Notes under the pieces: model-generated | Database searches by the model: none | What the model was told of the DNA's origin: nothing | What the model saw: the letters and a program-made list of their open reading frames with translations, nothing else | In this document: piece by piece, positions 29,813-40,636 of the stretch | Numbering within the stretch: the first letter of the stretch is position 1 | How the letters are laid out: each line of letters starts with the position of its first letter | From: a virus | Taxonomy: Duplodnaviria > Caudoviricetes | Length of the DNA: 64,000 nucleotides | IMG/VR virus record: IMGVR_UViG_2630968332_000001 | Span: 1-64,000 of that record | Strand: one strand, 5' to 3' | Program-made: the position numbers and the translations under genes

Positions 29813-30664
29813 ATGGCAAAAAGAGCTAAAACGTGTTTCTACTGTGGTGGAACTTTTGAAGATGAAATGGACATTGTAGAGTTTAGAGTTTCTTATACAA
29901 GTGGGAAATCAGCTCACAGAAGATTTCATGAGAAGTGTTTGCCAGAATTTAAAAAGGTATTAGAGGAACAAGGTGGGGAAATCGAGTCGGCTTCATATCG
30001 TAAGAAGTTGAATGAGAGAAGAACCGCCCAGAAAAAGCCTAATTGTACGTATTGTGGAAGATTGTTCGTTGATACAGATGAGTCACTGGTGTTGTATAAC
30101 CAGTTTGGTAATAGTTATGGCAAGTATCACCCTAATTGTTATATCAAGTACATTAACAACATGCAAAATGCAGACTTGAGAAAGCAAGAAAACAAGGAAT
30201 GGGAAGAAGTATACGACTACTTTGCTTATGAAATTTTAAACATGCGACCATCGCAAGCGAGAGAAAACAAAGCTATCGTTTACAGGCTCGCAGCATTACG
30301 AATTGGTAAGAAAAGACTTAACCGAGGTGACGTTATTATGGGTGTTGAGGCTGGTTATTCTTATAAGACTATCCTTTACACTATGAAATACGTTAAAACA
30401 CAAATCAACGAAGAATTTGCAAGTCGTAGATTTCACGATATGAACCATAAGATTAACTATGCAATGGTTATCATCTGGAACAACATTGACTTTATTAACG
30501 GTAGAGTAAAAGCGATGGAACGTCAAAAAGAATTGACTGAAATTGAAACCAAGAAACGCTTGGCAGAAAAAGAGAGATTGAAAGATATTAAGAAATTACC
30601 ATATCAACGCAAGTCTAAGACAGGTGGTAAAGCTAAATGGCAATGGCTTGAAGATGAGGAATAA
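29813..30664 (+). CDS. Zn-finger protein, putative helicase loader (YorH-like)
   Basis: Two CxxC...HxxC modules upstream of dnaB. Confidence 0.55.
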   Translation: MAKRAKTCFYCGGTFEDEMDIVEFRVSYTSGKSAHRRFHEKCLPEFKKVLEEQGGEIESASYRKKLNERRTAQKKPNCTYCGRLFVDTDESLVLYNQFGNSYGKYHPNCYIKYINNMQNADLRKQENKEWEEVYDYFAYEILNMRPSQARENKAIVYRLAALRIGKKRLNRGDVIMGVEAGYSYKTILYTMKYVKTQINEEFASRRFHDMNHKINYAMVIIWNNIDFINGRVKAMERQKELTEIETKKRLAEKERLKDIKKLPYQRKSKTGGKAKWQWLEDEE

Positions 30665-30681
30665 GGAGGGCTATGTTTTAG

Positions 30682-30996
30682 TTGGATAGAACTAGCGAAT
30701 TAGAGTATGTAAAGCACGAGCTTGAACGTAACAAGATGTTGTTACTATCAAGTTTTGGATTAGAAGGTATTGTTAAATCAGAAAACAAGGAACGTATTTT
30801 CATGAAGATTATAGACAATACACATAAATATTTTAATGTTTCTAATGGGGCGGTATTGAATATACTGTTTAACACTTTGGAAATTATGTATCGAAGTGAT
30901 AAAGCACTTAAATCATTATATGACCCAGAAACATTAAGTAAATTTGCAGCCGAAGAAAAGGCATATATAACAAATAATTTGATGAAAGTAGGGTAG
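30682..30996 (+). CDS. Hypothetical protein
   Basis: AAGGAGG RBS, co-oriented. Confidence 0.65.
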   Translation: MDRTSELEYVKHELERNKMLLLSSFGLEGIVKSENKERIFMKIIDNTHKYFNVSNGAVLNILFNTLEIMYRSDKALKSLYDPETLSKFAAEEKAYITNNLMKVG

Positions 30997-31000
30997 AAAC

Positions 31001-32482
31001 TTGCCAAAGAAAATAGAAGAGTTGTCAGATTTTGAAAAGAACTTAGTATACGACCAACAACGTGAAGAAGGTTTGTATGTATTATCCATATACAAAGACA
31101 CAGAATTGTATTATGAATACAAATTAAAACCAGAAATGCTTGTTAGTAAAGGTTGGAAGGTGTTCTATAGCATTGCACAAGACTTGATAGATAACGGTGG
31201 TGTGCATAAACTAGACGCTGTTACAGTGGGAACTTACGTATCTGGACAAACTGAAAAGTTTCAAGACCTATACAATTCTTTTGGTGGTTACCAAGAAATT
31301 GCTGACGGTATGGATGTGGTTGAAGAAAGCAATATCGAAACATACTACAACAATATCCAAAAATACCAAGTGTTGAGAATTTTGTACAAGAAAGGTTTCC
31401 CTATCGAAAGTCAATGGAAAAAACTTAAAAGTATGCCTTTAGAAGAACTCAACGACTATTTTACTACTGTAATCAACAATGCTTTTATTGACACAGATAG
31501 TCAAAACGAAAAGGTTGGAGATATTTTTAGAGGCATGGACGAAATGATAGAGTCTGCTAATCTTGGTAAGGAAGCTGGTTTACCACTAAAGTCAAAGCTA
31601 ATGGAAAATATACAACATGGCTTACGTTTAGGTAATATTACTATGCTGGCGGCTCATTCTGGTGTTGGTAAAAGTTTCTTAACAACTTTAATCCATGTTC
31701 AATCATGTATTGAGAATAAAGAGTCTGTATTAATTATTGCTAACGAAGAAGATAGAAGTAAATGGCAACAGGAATTGTTGGTTAGATTTATTAATACAAA
31801 ACATAAGAATGCTTATTTCAATAAGAACCGTTTCTTTGATGGTAATTTTTCAGATAAGGAAATGGAATATCTTAAAGAGGCAAGTGATTGGTACAAAGCT
31901 AACATTGAAGAAAACACTATACGATTTGTAAGTATGGAAAGTTTTAGTATGGCTAAGACAATCAGATTGATTAAGAAGTATGCAACAATGTATGATGTTA
32001 AGTACTTTGTATTAGATACGTTAAAGTTAGACAATGATACAGGTTCACATGTTAGTGATAAAAGTTGGTTAGTTATGCAACAAAACATGGTTAGATTGTA
32101 TAACGTTATCAAGGAATCCAGCTTGAATGTTCATGTCTGGGTTACAGCTCAATTATCTAAAGGTGGACGCAATTCAAGATATTTAGACCAATCACAATTA
32201 GGGGTTTCTAAAAATATCATTGACGTTGCCTCATCTGTTATGTTGGTTCGTGATGTAACTCAAAGTGAAAAAGACCCAGAGGCTAAGGCTTCTGAAAGAT
32301 TAACGGTGCATAATGCAGCTGGATATGAAGTTGAATTACAACCAGAAGATGATTATGTGATTGTATTCTGGGACAAGAACCGTCAAGGGACAACTAATGA
32401 ACAAGTTGTATTAAAGGTAAATCGAGGGTTAAACACCTTTACAGATGTAGGGACTTGTCGTTTGGATAGAGCATTGGTATAG
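31001..32482 (+). CDS. DnaB-like replicative helicase
   Basis: AHSGVGKS, FVLDTLK, TAQL, KNRQG. Confidence 0.9.
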   Translation: MPKKIEELSDFEKNLVYDQQREEGLYVLSIYKDTELYYEYKLKPEMLVSKGWKVFYSIAQDLIDNGGVHKLDAVTVGTYVSGQTEKFQDLYNSFGGYQEIADGMDVVEESNIETYYNNIQKYQVLRILYKKGFPIESQWKKLKSMPLEELNDYFTTVINNAFIDTDSQNEKVGDIFRGMDEMIESANLGKEAGLPLKSKLMENIQHGLRLGNITMLAAHSGVGKSFLTTLIHVQSCIENKESVLIIANEEDRSKWQQELLVRFINTKHKNAYFNKNRFFDGNFSDKEMEYLKEASDWYKANIEENTIRFVSMESFSMAKTIRLIKKYATMYDVKYFVLDTLKLDNDTGSHVSDKSWLVMQQNMVRLYNVIKESSLNVHVWVTAQLSKGGRNSRYLDQSQLGVSKNIIDVASSVMLVRDVTQSEKDPEAKASERLTVHNAAGYEVELQPEDDYVIVFWDKNRQGTTNEQVVLKVNRGLNTFTDVGTCRLDRALV

Positions 32483-32489
32483 GAAAATT

Positions 32490-32515
32490 AGCACTCAAAA
32501 ACGAGTGCTTTTTTC
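32490..32515 (+). terminator. Intrinsic terminator
   Basis: agcactc-aaaaac-gagtgct plus Us. Confidence 0.8.
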
Positions 32516-32624
32516 ATATCTAATTATTGACTTAATATGTATATATGTTATAATGTAATAGTTAAGTTAAGTGTTTAGAGAATAAACAAATGACTTACAA
32601 GCACGAAATAAGGAAGGTGATTTT

Positions 32625-33119
32625 CTGCTTAGTAACTCTTTCTACGAGCATTTAAAAAACGCAGAGTATAAGAACGGTTTAGATATTGAATGGACATTAG
32701 ATGATAATGACCCAGACCTAGTATGGTGCAGAGAATATCTAAGCAATCGTTATTTCTATCAAAGATATTTCGCATTTGCAAATATGGTGATGGAGAACTT
32801 AACTCTACGAACAAAACCAACTCTCAAGCAAGTCCTTTCTAAATTTGCTGGTAAAAAGACAGATGAGCCATTCATAAAGAAGTTGAAAACAGATAAACAC
32901 TTCAAAGAATATGTAAGTCTTGTCAAAAAACACCAAAATCATTATGTATTATCTAGTTCGCTCGGTATAGATGATACTACTATCTTTTCTAGTAAGGCAA
33001 AAGCCCTTAAATATATCCGTACAAATAATTTACAAGGCTATATTCCTTACCCCTACACCAAGTTACTTTGCAAGAAATACTTGAGAGGAAGGGAGGATAT
33101 AGATGGAAATTGTAACTGA
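32625..33119 (+). CDS. Hypothetical protein, probable CTG start
   Basis: AAGGAAGGTG RBS then in-frame CTG 53 codons upstream of the ORF-track start. Confidence 0.65.
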   Translation: MLSNSFYEHLKNAEYKNGLDIEWTLDDNDPDLVWCREYLSNRYFYQRYFAFANMVMENLTLRTKPTLKQVLSKFAGKKTDEPFIKKLKTDKHFKEYVSLVKKHQNHYVLSSSLGIDDTTIFSSKAKALKYIRTNNLQGYIPYPYTKLLCKKYLRGREDIDGNCN

Positions 33120-33405
33120 TGAAGGTCGTGGAACTTTTAAGTTAAGACGTGATTTTAACATGGCAAAGTTCAAGTCGATTATTCATTATGAAATGTTCAC
33201 AACTCTTGACCTTAAAGAGTATCATCGTTCCAAAGGTGCTATATCAGCTGTTTTAAGTAAAGATGATGTGGACAGAGCTATTGAGTCTGGTAGACCGATT
33301 TTGGTTTATCACGAAACAAGTAATCATGTAGCAGACATGCTAGATTATTACAACGTTGATGACGCTCAAGCAATGCAAATAGTAAAGGCTGTGAAAAGTT
33401 CATGA
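33103..33405 (+). CDS. Hypothetical protein
   Basis: GGAGG RBS. Confidence 0.7.
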   Translation: MEIVTDEGRGTFKLRRDFNMAKFKSIIHYEMFTTLDLKEYHRSKGAISAVLSKDDVDRAIESGRPILVYHETSNHVADMLDYYNVDDAQAMQIVKAVKSS

Positions 33406-35723
33406 GAGATGGAATTAAATTTGTAGGAACGCTTAATAACTATATTTTTTCTTCCAAAACAAGTGATTTTAAAATTGCTAGTATTAACGTTCTTGATGAG
33501 CTAGAAGGCTTATTCAGGTACAACAATTATGGCAATATCACTCTTAAAGGTGGTATGGAGCTACTACCGAAAACAGAGTATGAAATTGTTGCCTCATACA
33601 TTGTTGATAAGAAATATGGTGAGCAATATAATATCGAGTCATACAAGCGTACACGTGCTATTGAAGATATGAGTGTAGAAGACTTTAACGAGTTTATGGC
33701 TAGTCTAGGCAATAGTGCTGATAAGGTCGCTGAATACTTCGGTGAAAAGACTAAAGATATTATGAATAAAGCTCTTGAACAAAACGATACCAGTGAGCTT
33801 GAAAAGGTAAACGGTATTGGCAAGGTTAAGGCTTCAAAGATATTAGATAAGTATGGTAGCCAACGTGATTATAGTATGGCTATTGCAGTATTTGGTAAGT
33901 GGGGCTTTACTCATTCTAAGATTAAAACTATCGTTAACAAATATCGCAATCAAGATTTGGCTATTAAAAAGCTGAATGAAAATCCATACAATCTATATCT
34001 TGACCGTATTCCTGGCATAGGGTTTAAGACTATTGATAACAAAGCGTTAGAAAATGGTATTGCACCTAATGACAGAAGACGTGTGGAGGCTTATATCTAT
34101 AATTTCTTTGATGATTTAAGCATGTCTGGTGACTCATATATTCCTATTGAAAAGCTACGTAATCATCTACGTACAGAAGTCTACAATGCTGATTTAGATA
34201 GTGCTACTAACTTTATCTTAGGCAATGAAGACTTTAAGATATTCAAAAAAGATGGTGTTAATTGTGTAGCTTTAAGGGAAACATATGAACTTGAGAAGAA
34301 AACAGCTTATGAACTATTAAGGGTTCAAAATGCTTGGGATAGCAAAAAGAGTATTGATGATATTGATACCTACATATCAGAAGTTGAAAAGGAACAAGGC
34401 TGGAAGTATGGGAAGCAACAATTAGAAGCTATCCATACCATCGCCACAAATAATGTCTTCTTATTACAAGGTTATTCTGGTACGGGTAAATCATCTTTGC
34501 TTAAAGCAGTAGTAAGAGCTATGCAAGCTAACAACTTTACAATAGCTCAATGTGCTTTGTCTGGTAAGGCAGCAGATAACTTGACTAAAGTTACAGGGTT
34601 GCAAGGTATGACTATTCATAGGTTATTACAATACAATCCTAGTTCAGAATCCATGTTTAATTATTGGAAGAAGAACCCATTGCCTTACGATGTAATTATT
34701 TTAGATGAAGTTTCAATGGTTAGTTTAGACCTGTTTTATAGTCTGGTTAGTGCAATCAAAGATGGGGCTAAGTTAATCATGGTAGGTGACTCGGGTCAGC
34801 TTGACTCAATCGGTATCGGTGTTATGTCTGGTATTTTAGACTCGCAAGTTATTCCTACAATCACCTTAACTGAAATTCATAGACAAGCAGAAGAAAGTGC
34901 CATTATATCTCATTCTATTACGTATCGTAAAGGTGCTATGCCAAAGGAAGTAAACAAAGAAGGCTTATTCCTATGCGGCACTAAAAAGGACTTAGTATAT
35001 AAGTTACTCGAGAATGAGAAGGAACATGATAATCAAGGTAAAGTGGTAGATAATCTAATTCCTAATGCTTTAGTCTTTTTCAAGAAAGCCTTGAGCAAGT
35101 ATAACGTGAAGGATATTCAGATTATCACACAAACTACAAAGAATTGTAATGCGTTAAATGCCCTTTGCCAACAGATTGCTAATCCTAAGAATAGGGAAAA
35201 AGAAGAGTATGTCGTTTCATTCCAAAACAAAGATGATGATTATGTTTTACGTGTAGGTGATAAGGTCATCAATACAGTAAACAATAGACGCACTGTTTCT
35301 GCTGAAAAAGGTAATGCTATCACACCTATCTATAATGGTAACACTGGAATAATCGAGTCTATTACAAAGCAAGTTGACGAAGATGGCGATGAATATATCG
35401 AGTCTGTAATTAACTTTGATGGTATCGGCAGAGTGCTTTTGGACAGTGGTGATTTAAGAAGTATTAGACTTGGTTATGCAATTACAGTACATAAGTCACA
35501 GGGTTCAACTATCCCATGTGTAATTGTGGTATTACCATTCCAATTCATGTTGAACAGTCGTGAGTTGGTTTATACAGCTATTACACGTACAAGTGAATTA
35601 TGTTTTGTAATATCTAGTTATGCTACTTTGGCTAAGGCTATTAAGAAGTCTACAAACAAGGTGCATAAGACAAATCTATCTGCATTCATGTCTTTGGAAG
35701 CTAGAAAGCGAGGTGATATTTAG
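33402..35723 (+). CDS. recD2: RecD2-like SF1B helicase
   Basis: HhH GIG motifs, GYSGTGKS, DEVSMV, GDSGQL, YAITVHKSQGS, YTAITR. Confidence 0.93.
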   Translation: MRDGIKFVGTLNNYIFSSKTSDFKIASINVLDELEGLFRYNNYGNITLKGGMELLPKTEYEIVASYIVDKKYGEQYNIESYKRTRAIEDMSVEDFNEFMASLGNSADKVAEYFGEKTKDIMNKALEQNDTSELEKVNGIGKVKASKILDKYGSQRDYSMAIAVFGKWGFTHSKIKTIVNKYRNQDLAIKKLNENPYNLYLDRIPGIGFKTIDNKALENGIAPNDRRRVEAYIYNFFDDLSMSGDSYIPIEKLRNHLRTEVYNADLDSATNFILGNEDFKIFKKDGVNCVALRETYELEKKTAYELLRVQNAWDSKKSIDDIDTYISEVEKEQGWKYGKQQLEAIHTIATNNVFLLQGYSGTGKSSLLKAVVRAMQANNFTIAQCALSGKAADNLTKVTGLQGMTIHRLLQYNPSSESMFNYWKKNPLPYDVIILDEVSMVSLDLFYSLVSAIKDGAKLIMVGDSGQLDSIGIGVMSGILDSQVIPTITLTEIHRQAEESAIISHSITYRKGAMPKEVNKEGLFLCGTKKDLVYKLLENEKEHDNQGKVVDNLIPNALVFFKKALSKYNVKDIQIITQTTKNCNALNALCQQIANPKNREKEEYVVSFQNKDDDYVLRVGDKVINTVNNRRTVSAEKGNAITPIYNGNTGIIESITKQVDEDGDEYIESVINFDGIGRVLLDSGDLRSIRLGYAITVHKSQGSTIPCVIVVLPFQFMLNSRELVYTAITRTSELCFVISSYATLAKAIKKSTNKVHKTNLSAFMSLEARKRGDI

Positions 35724-36106
35724 TGACAAAACCATATCGTTGGTATAAAGGTGAGCCTGTTATCATGAAGAGAGTCTATTACATAGGCAATCAAATGTTT
35801 ACTAGGTTGGAACACTTCTATACTAAGAAAGTAATTCCAGCAGTTGATGTTCATGAAGTTAAAGATACTCGTGAAGAAAGCCTAGAAATCGCTAGTGATT
35901 TACAGGAAGAACCAAAGCAAGAAGAACAAACACAAGTCAATAAGATTAAATTTACTGACACAGATGGTAATGAAAGTGTGTTTGAAGAAAACAGCGAAGA
36001 ATACCAAAAGTTTGTTGATGATAACAAGCTAAAAGATGAGTTTATTGGACGTGTCTTAGATGGCAAAATCAATAAACATAAAGGTTTTAATATCGAACGT
36101 GTATAG
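35723..36106 (+). CDS. Hypothetical protein
   Basis: Translationally coupled ORF. Confidence 0.7.
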   Translation: MTKPYRWYKGEPVIMKRVYYIGNQMFTRLEHFYTKKVIPAVDVHEVKDTREESLEIASDLQEEPKQEEQTQVNKIKFTDTDGNESVFEENSEEYQKFVDDNKLKDEFIGRVLDGKINKHKGFNIERV

Positions 36107-36576
36107 CCTTAACATTCGGGAAGTGTGCAAGGGTATGTAATGTTTGATGATTATGAAACTTCTGAATTATTAGATATACTCAATTACATTTTACGTTCTG
36201 GAAGATGGAAAGAGTTGGAGTATGTCTATTCAGAGTTAGTTTTAGAACTACGAAAGCGTAGTGAATTGATGGGTATGATTTATTAAAAGGTATAAAAATA
36301 GGATAGCCTTATCAGAATCAGCTATCCTAGAACCTCGTGAGTGTACCGACCTTTTTTAATTCCGAATATTAGGTTTACAGGATGGAAGTAAGAAAGGTGT
36401 TTTTGACATTTTTCGTTTCAGTTTCAGTATGTTAAAACAATTAGAGGTACACTCGGTTCATACCTATTATACCTTAAATTCATTACGTTTTCTATAACAA
36501 ATTAAGAAGCGATGTTAATCGTGGATAAGCAAGTCGTAAGACTGAAAGCTAAAGAGAAGAAAGAGGTTGAATTATT

Positions 36577-37344
36577 TTGGAAAACAATACAATAGATAAG
36601 TTTGATAACACAGGTGCATGGTATAACGTGTTGAAACCAACATGGTATGTAGAACAAATGAAAGGCTGGTCTTTTCCTAGCTACATGCTGTTGATGTTTG
36701 GTTTGGGTGCAATTATTGGTATGACAGCTGCTAGTGGTATCAATGGTATCTCAATTTTAACTTTGTTGGCTGGTACATTAGGTTTCACATGTACTATTTC
36801 TATCACAAACGCTAAACCATTAAACGGTATTTTTGGTTTGGTTAGTGCTTTGATTTACATTACAGTAGCTATTCATGCTAAGAACTTCAATGATGTTTTA
36901 TTGCAAACTGTTTATATCCTGTTATTAGACTTACCAGTATTGCTTATGCCATCTTGGGCAAAGAACGTTGAAGAAAAGGTGCGTTTCTTACATGAAGGTG
37001 GTAAAGGTAAGCGTAATTGGTTATTAACATTAGTATTCTTTGTAGTGGTTGCTTTGGTATTGTACTACTCAGATACACATTGGTTCATTAGCCCACGTCC
37101 AGTTGTAGATAGTGTGGCAGCGGCTATTGGTATCACAGGTGCTATGTTAACTACATTACGTTTCTCAGAAAGTTATTATTTCTGGATTGCACAAGGTCTT
37201 TCTTCTGTTGTTTTATGGGGAATTACCGCAGCAAGTGGAGCAGTTAACTGGGTATTATTCGTAACATACCTATTGTACTTATCTAATGACGCAGTTGCAT
37301 TATTCGATAAGAAAATTAGCTGGTTTCACCATAATAATAAATAA
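36577..37344 (+). CDS. pnuC: PnuC-family nucleoside/nicotinamide riboside transporter
   Basis: Multiple TM helices, P-x-x-DS, R-x-x-E-x-Y-x-x-W motif. Confidence 0.85.
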   Translation: MENNTIDKFDNTGAWYNVLKPTWYVEQMKGWSFPSYMLLMFGLGAIIGMTAASGINGISILTLLAGTLGFTCTISITNAKPLNGIFGLVSALIYITVAIHAKNFNDVLLQTVYILLLDLPVLLMPSWAKNVEEKVRFLHEGGKGKRNWLLTLVFFVVVALVLYYSDTHWFISPRPVVDSVAAAIGITGAMLTTLRFSESYYFWIAQGLSSVVLWGITAASGAVNWVLFVTYLLYLSNDAVALFDKKISWFHHNNK

Positions 37345-37448
37345 GACTTCCAAATGCTAAAAGAATAATGGTTGTTGTAGACTGGTTTTCCAGTCTTTTA
37401 GAAGCGGTAGATAATAAGCTACTGTTTCTAAAAGGGGGGGGAAAGAGG

Positions 37449-37676
37449 ATGAATAATACGGAAAGAGAAAAACGCAACAGACTTATCGGTGTGTTTTTAA
37501 CTATCATCGGGTTTATTGTCGGAAACATATATGTAGCATTATTTGCTATGTATTGGGGTACAAGTCGAGTAGCAAGCGGATTGTTGCTAATAAATGGTTT
37601 TTTCGTTTTTGTACCTTCATTCTTTTGCTTCGTAGCTGGATTGGTTACGATGATAATTCTGTTAGATTGGCGATAA
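37449..37676 (+). CDS. Small membrane protein
   Basis: Two TM helices. Confidence 0.65.
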   Translation: MNNTEREKRNRLIGVFLTIIGFIVGNIYVALFAMYWGTSRVASGLLLINGFFVFVPSFFCFVAGLVTMIILLDWR

Positions 37677-37861
37677 AAAGGAAGTGATATAGATGGAAGT
37701 ATTAAAACTATTCGTAGGAACTTGTGCCTTCACATTGGCTTTCCTTTTCCTGTACATATCGAGTAGAGCATTCATGGTAGGTATGTTTGTTATTGGCTTC
37801 ATGTCTGCATTAATTGTAATAGGCATGGGTCATCTATCATATTCAATGTTCATAGATTTGT

Positions 37862-38098
37862 TTGAAGAATAAAGGAGTGGTATTCATAGTAGGAAAGATG
37901 CTTGATGGAATATTATTAGGGCTATTAACGGTTGTGTATTTAGTTCTACTAGCTTGTGTAATATATTTCTTCCCACATGTAATCCATGTATGTCTTGGGG
38001 TTGGTTGGTTGATATTATATTGGCTATTCTTTGGCATACAAACTACGCTTGGTTTAGTTGTAGTGCTGCTAATTATTATAGATAGCTTAGGTGATTAG
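37862..38098 (+). CDS. Small membrane protein
   Basis: Hydrophobic; AAGGAG RBS just inside the ORF. Confidence 0.6.
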   Translation: MKNKGVVFIVGKMLDGILLGLLTVVYLVLLACVIYFFPHVIHVCLGVGWLILYWLFFGIQTTLGLVVVLLIIIDSLGD

Positions 38099-38158
38099 TT
38101 CAATGCGACTATAATAGATTGAGATAAATAAATGTGTTAGCAGAGGAGGGGAAGTACA

Positions 38159-38536
38159 TTGTTTGTAATGCTTGTATTTTCATGTTCTTTATATTATATT
38201 TTTATGCCACTATTGTTTTCAGCTGTGATATTAACGGGGAATGTGGGACAAGGAGTTTTGATTTTTTATATATGGACTATAATGCAGCCAATAGTATGGA
38301 CGATTATAGGTTCTTTTATGGGGTCTAAATTCTTTTTAATCGGTAAAATCCTAGAAGGCGACTTTGAAAAATTGTGGGGTTTACTTGCTAGTATTTTGCT
38401 AGTGGTTATGTGGTACACAGTTGTTCCATATTGTTTATGGCATTTGACATTGTGCTACCCAACTTGGTGGGTGTGTGTAATCTGGTGGTTGTGGGGTACT
38501 ACCCCAACCATAATGACTGTTATAACGGAGGAATAA
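38159..38536 (+). CDS. Membrane protein
   Basis: Several TM helices; GAGGAGG RBS. Confidence 0.6.
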   Translation: MFVMLVFSCSLYYIFMPLLFSAVILTGNVGQGVLIFYIWTIMQPIVWTIIGSFMGSKFFLIGKILEGDFEKLWGLLASILLVVMWYTVVPYCLWHLTLCYPTWWVCVIWWLWGTTPTIMTVITEE

Positions 38537-38538
38537 AC

Positions 38539-38952
38539 ATGACATTACAATTAGGTAATTTTGATGGTCTGATGATAAATAATAGATACGAATATCATTA
38601 TTGTATAGTTGCTTATATTAAAAGTGGATTGAATGACGCATATATTGCTCAGTACACTTACTTCGATGGTTTCTTTGAATTAGAAAAAGGGTATAAGAAA
38701 ATCGTTGACGCATTAGAAGGTCGTAGTAAATGGGTTAATACCGAGGCTGGAGTTTTTAGTGTAGAAGATATTGAACATATTGCTCCAGTGGTTGCCTATA
38801 ATGTCCCATCTGACGAATTTGACGAGGGGACATACAAAAAATGTTTGGACTTTAATGTGAGTAAAGGTGACGCTTTTGATGGTCGATACAATCATGTTAA
38901 ACACGTTCCTATTGATTTGATACGTGCTAGTGAAAGACAAGCACACGAATAA
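38539..38952 (+). CDS. Hypothetical protein
   Basis: GGAGG RBS before ATG 38539. Confidence 0.7.
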   Translation: MTLQLGNFDGLMINNRYEYHYCIVAYIKSGLNDAYIAQYTYFDGFFELEKGYKKIVDALEGRSKWVNTEAGVFSVEDIEHIAPVVAYNVPSDEFDEGTYKKCLDFNVSKGDAFDGRYNHVKHVPIDLIRASERQAHE

Positions 38953-38978
38953 AATGGATATTTTATAAGGAGAAATTA

Positions 38979-39248
38979 ATGGAAATAATAGACATGCGTA
39001 GCAATAGTGTTGATAAAAATATCAAAATCGGTGACGTTTTAGAGATAATTCACCCAGAAGACCATAGGCATGAATATTGGTTTGTAGGTTATAACGAAGG
39101 ACTAAGTAATAAAGGTAAGTATTCGCTTGTGAACTTAGAAACTGGTGTGGCATTATTAGCACCAGACCTTGACTCAGCACTTAAATACTATTGCTTAGGC
39201 TGTGATATTAGGGTGGTAGATACAGAACTACATATTATTAATGATTAG
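38979..39248 (+). CDS. Small beta-rich paralog 1
   Basis: IGDVLEI...YSLVNLETG. Confidence 0.75.
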   Translation: MEIIDMRSNSVDKNIKIGDVLEIIHPEDHRHEYWFVGYNEGLSNKGKYSLVNLETGVALLAPDLDSALKYYCLGCDIRVVDTELHIIND

Positions 39249-39259
39249 GAGGAGTAAGT

Positions 39260-39544
39260 ATGGAAATTGTAAAAGGTTTAAAGCGTAACAAGATTATTGG
39301 GTCTGGTGACGTAATCAAAATCTTGTTTTCCGACATCGAAAACGAAGAGTCTTTGGTCGTTGAAAGACGAGAATGTTATGTCATAGTAGTATATGACCCT
39401 GGTGTAGGTAAGTATCATCTGGTTAATTTAGAATCTGGTAGTATCGTGTTTTCAATAGATTTTGATAAAGATATTTGTGATGAATTAAACACTTGTGTTG
39501 ATACGTGGGAATTTGTAGACGCTGAATTGAATGTATCTAAGTAG
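39260..39544 (+). CDS. Small beta-rich paralog 2
   Basis: SGDVIKI...YHLVNLESG. Confidence 0.75.
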   Translation: MEIVKGLKRNKIIGSGDVIKILFSDIENEESLVVERRECYVIVVYDPGVGKYHLVNLESGSIVFSIDFDKDICDELNTCVDTWEFVDAELNVSK

Positions 39545-39554
39545 AGGTGTAAGT

Positions 39555-39812
39555 ATGTCAATACGTAGAAATGTGAATGTAATAAAGAGCCTTAAAAGTG
39601 GAGATATAATCGACCTCGGTTTAAACGGGCATAACGAATACTATATAGTAGCGTACCAAGCGGTTGGTGGAAAATATTGTTTAACCAGTTTGCAAGATGG
39701 CTACACAAGTGTATATGGGGATAGCCTAGCATATATTGAAGATTTCTTGCGTAGCTTGGGTTATGAAATTATAGAAGATACAGAAACAAAAGAGTTTGAA
39801 TTTAGTTTTTAG
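39555..39812 (+). CDS. Small beta-rich paralog 3
   Basis: SGDIIDL...YCLTSLQDG. Confidence 0.75.
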   Translation: MSIRRNVNVIKSLKSGDIIDLGLNGHNEYYIVAYQAVGGKYCLTSLQDGYTSVYGDSLAYIEDFLRSLGYEIIEDTETKEFEFSF

Positions 39813-39825
39813 GAGGTATTGGATA

Positions 39826-40113
39826 ATGAAGATTAAAGAGATATTCGATAATTATGATGTCCAAGTAGGCGATATTATTCATATCAAAGATTATGATAAC
39901 TATTTCATGCTTTCATTTTATGATGGCGGCTATGAGAAGTTTGCGTGTGTTGTTGACTTGGACACTGGAAATGTTGGTAAGGACACTTGGGTAGGTGATG
40001 GCGAAGACTACTTTATCGAAATATTCTCTAATTTTGATTGCGAATTGGTTGGTAAGCATACGATTGAAAGAAGAATAGCCAGAAAAGAGGGAGAAGACAA
40101 TGACGAAGATTAA
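39826..40113 (+). CDS. Small beta-rich paralog 4
   Basis: VGDIIHI...CVVDLDTG. Confidence 0.75.
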   Translation: MKIKEIFDNYDVQVGDIIHIKDYDNYFMLSFYDGGYEKFACVVDLDTGNVGKDTWVGDGEDYFIEIFSNFDCELVGKHTIERRIARKEGEDNDED

Positions 40114-40208
40114 AGAAAGTAAAGATTGCTTTAAGTCTACTGTTACAAAAGAAGGTCGTAAGAGTACAGTAGTATTTACAACAAATTGCATAAATGTGGT
40201 GTTAAGCA

Positions 40209-40475
40209 ATGACAATTAAAGAGATAATTAACGAGTATGGTTTACGTTTCGGCGATATAATCTACGATAGAGATAACGATAGCTTCTACATGTTTACGTT
40301 GGAAACAAACAATTCATGCGTTGTTAATCTTCATAATGGGCATATTCATATACATTATTGGGAGCATGATGTTAAAGAAACTGCGTTAAGGTTCTTTGAT
40401 AACAAGAATTGCGTACTCATTAACAAGAGTTCACTTTTAAAAGGTGCAACTAACATGGGGGGAGGAGTTCTATGA
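40209..40475 (+). CDS. Small beta-rich paralog 5
   Basis: FGDIIYD...CVVNLHNG. Confidence 0.75.
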   Translation: MTIKEIINEYGLRFGDIIYDRDNDSFYMFTLETNNSCVVNLHNGHIHIHYWEHDVKETALRFFDNKNCVLINKSSLLKGATNMGGGVL

Positions 40476-40636
40476 GAGTATGGAAAATTCTAACAACAAT
40501 AGTATTCATATTAATAACTGTAGGCATAGCTTTCTCAGAAATAGACATGGCAATGAAAATTTCAGCTGCAATGTTGGTTCTTATTTATTGGGAACTCGTG
40601 GACATTTCTGAGAAACTTGGATAGGAGGAATAGCTC

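Noticed and set aside
37433-37441. G8 tract upstream of a small membrane gene as a phase switch
   Set aside because: Outside the likely coding frame; no supportable consequence
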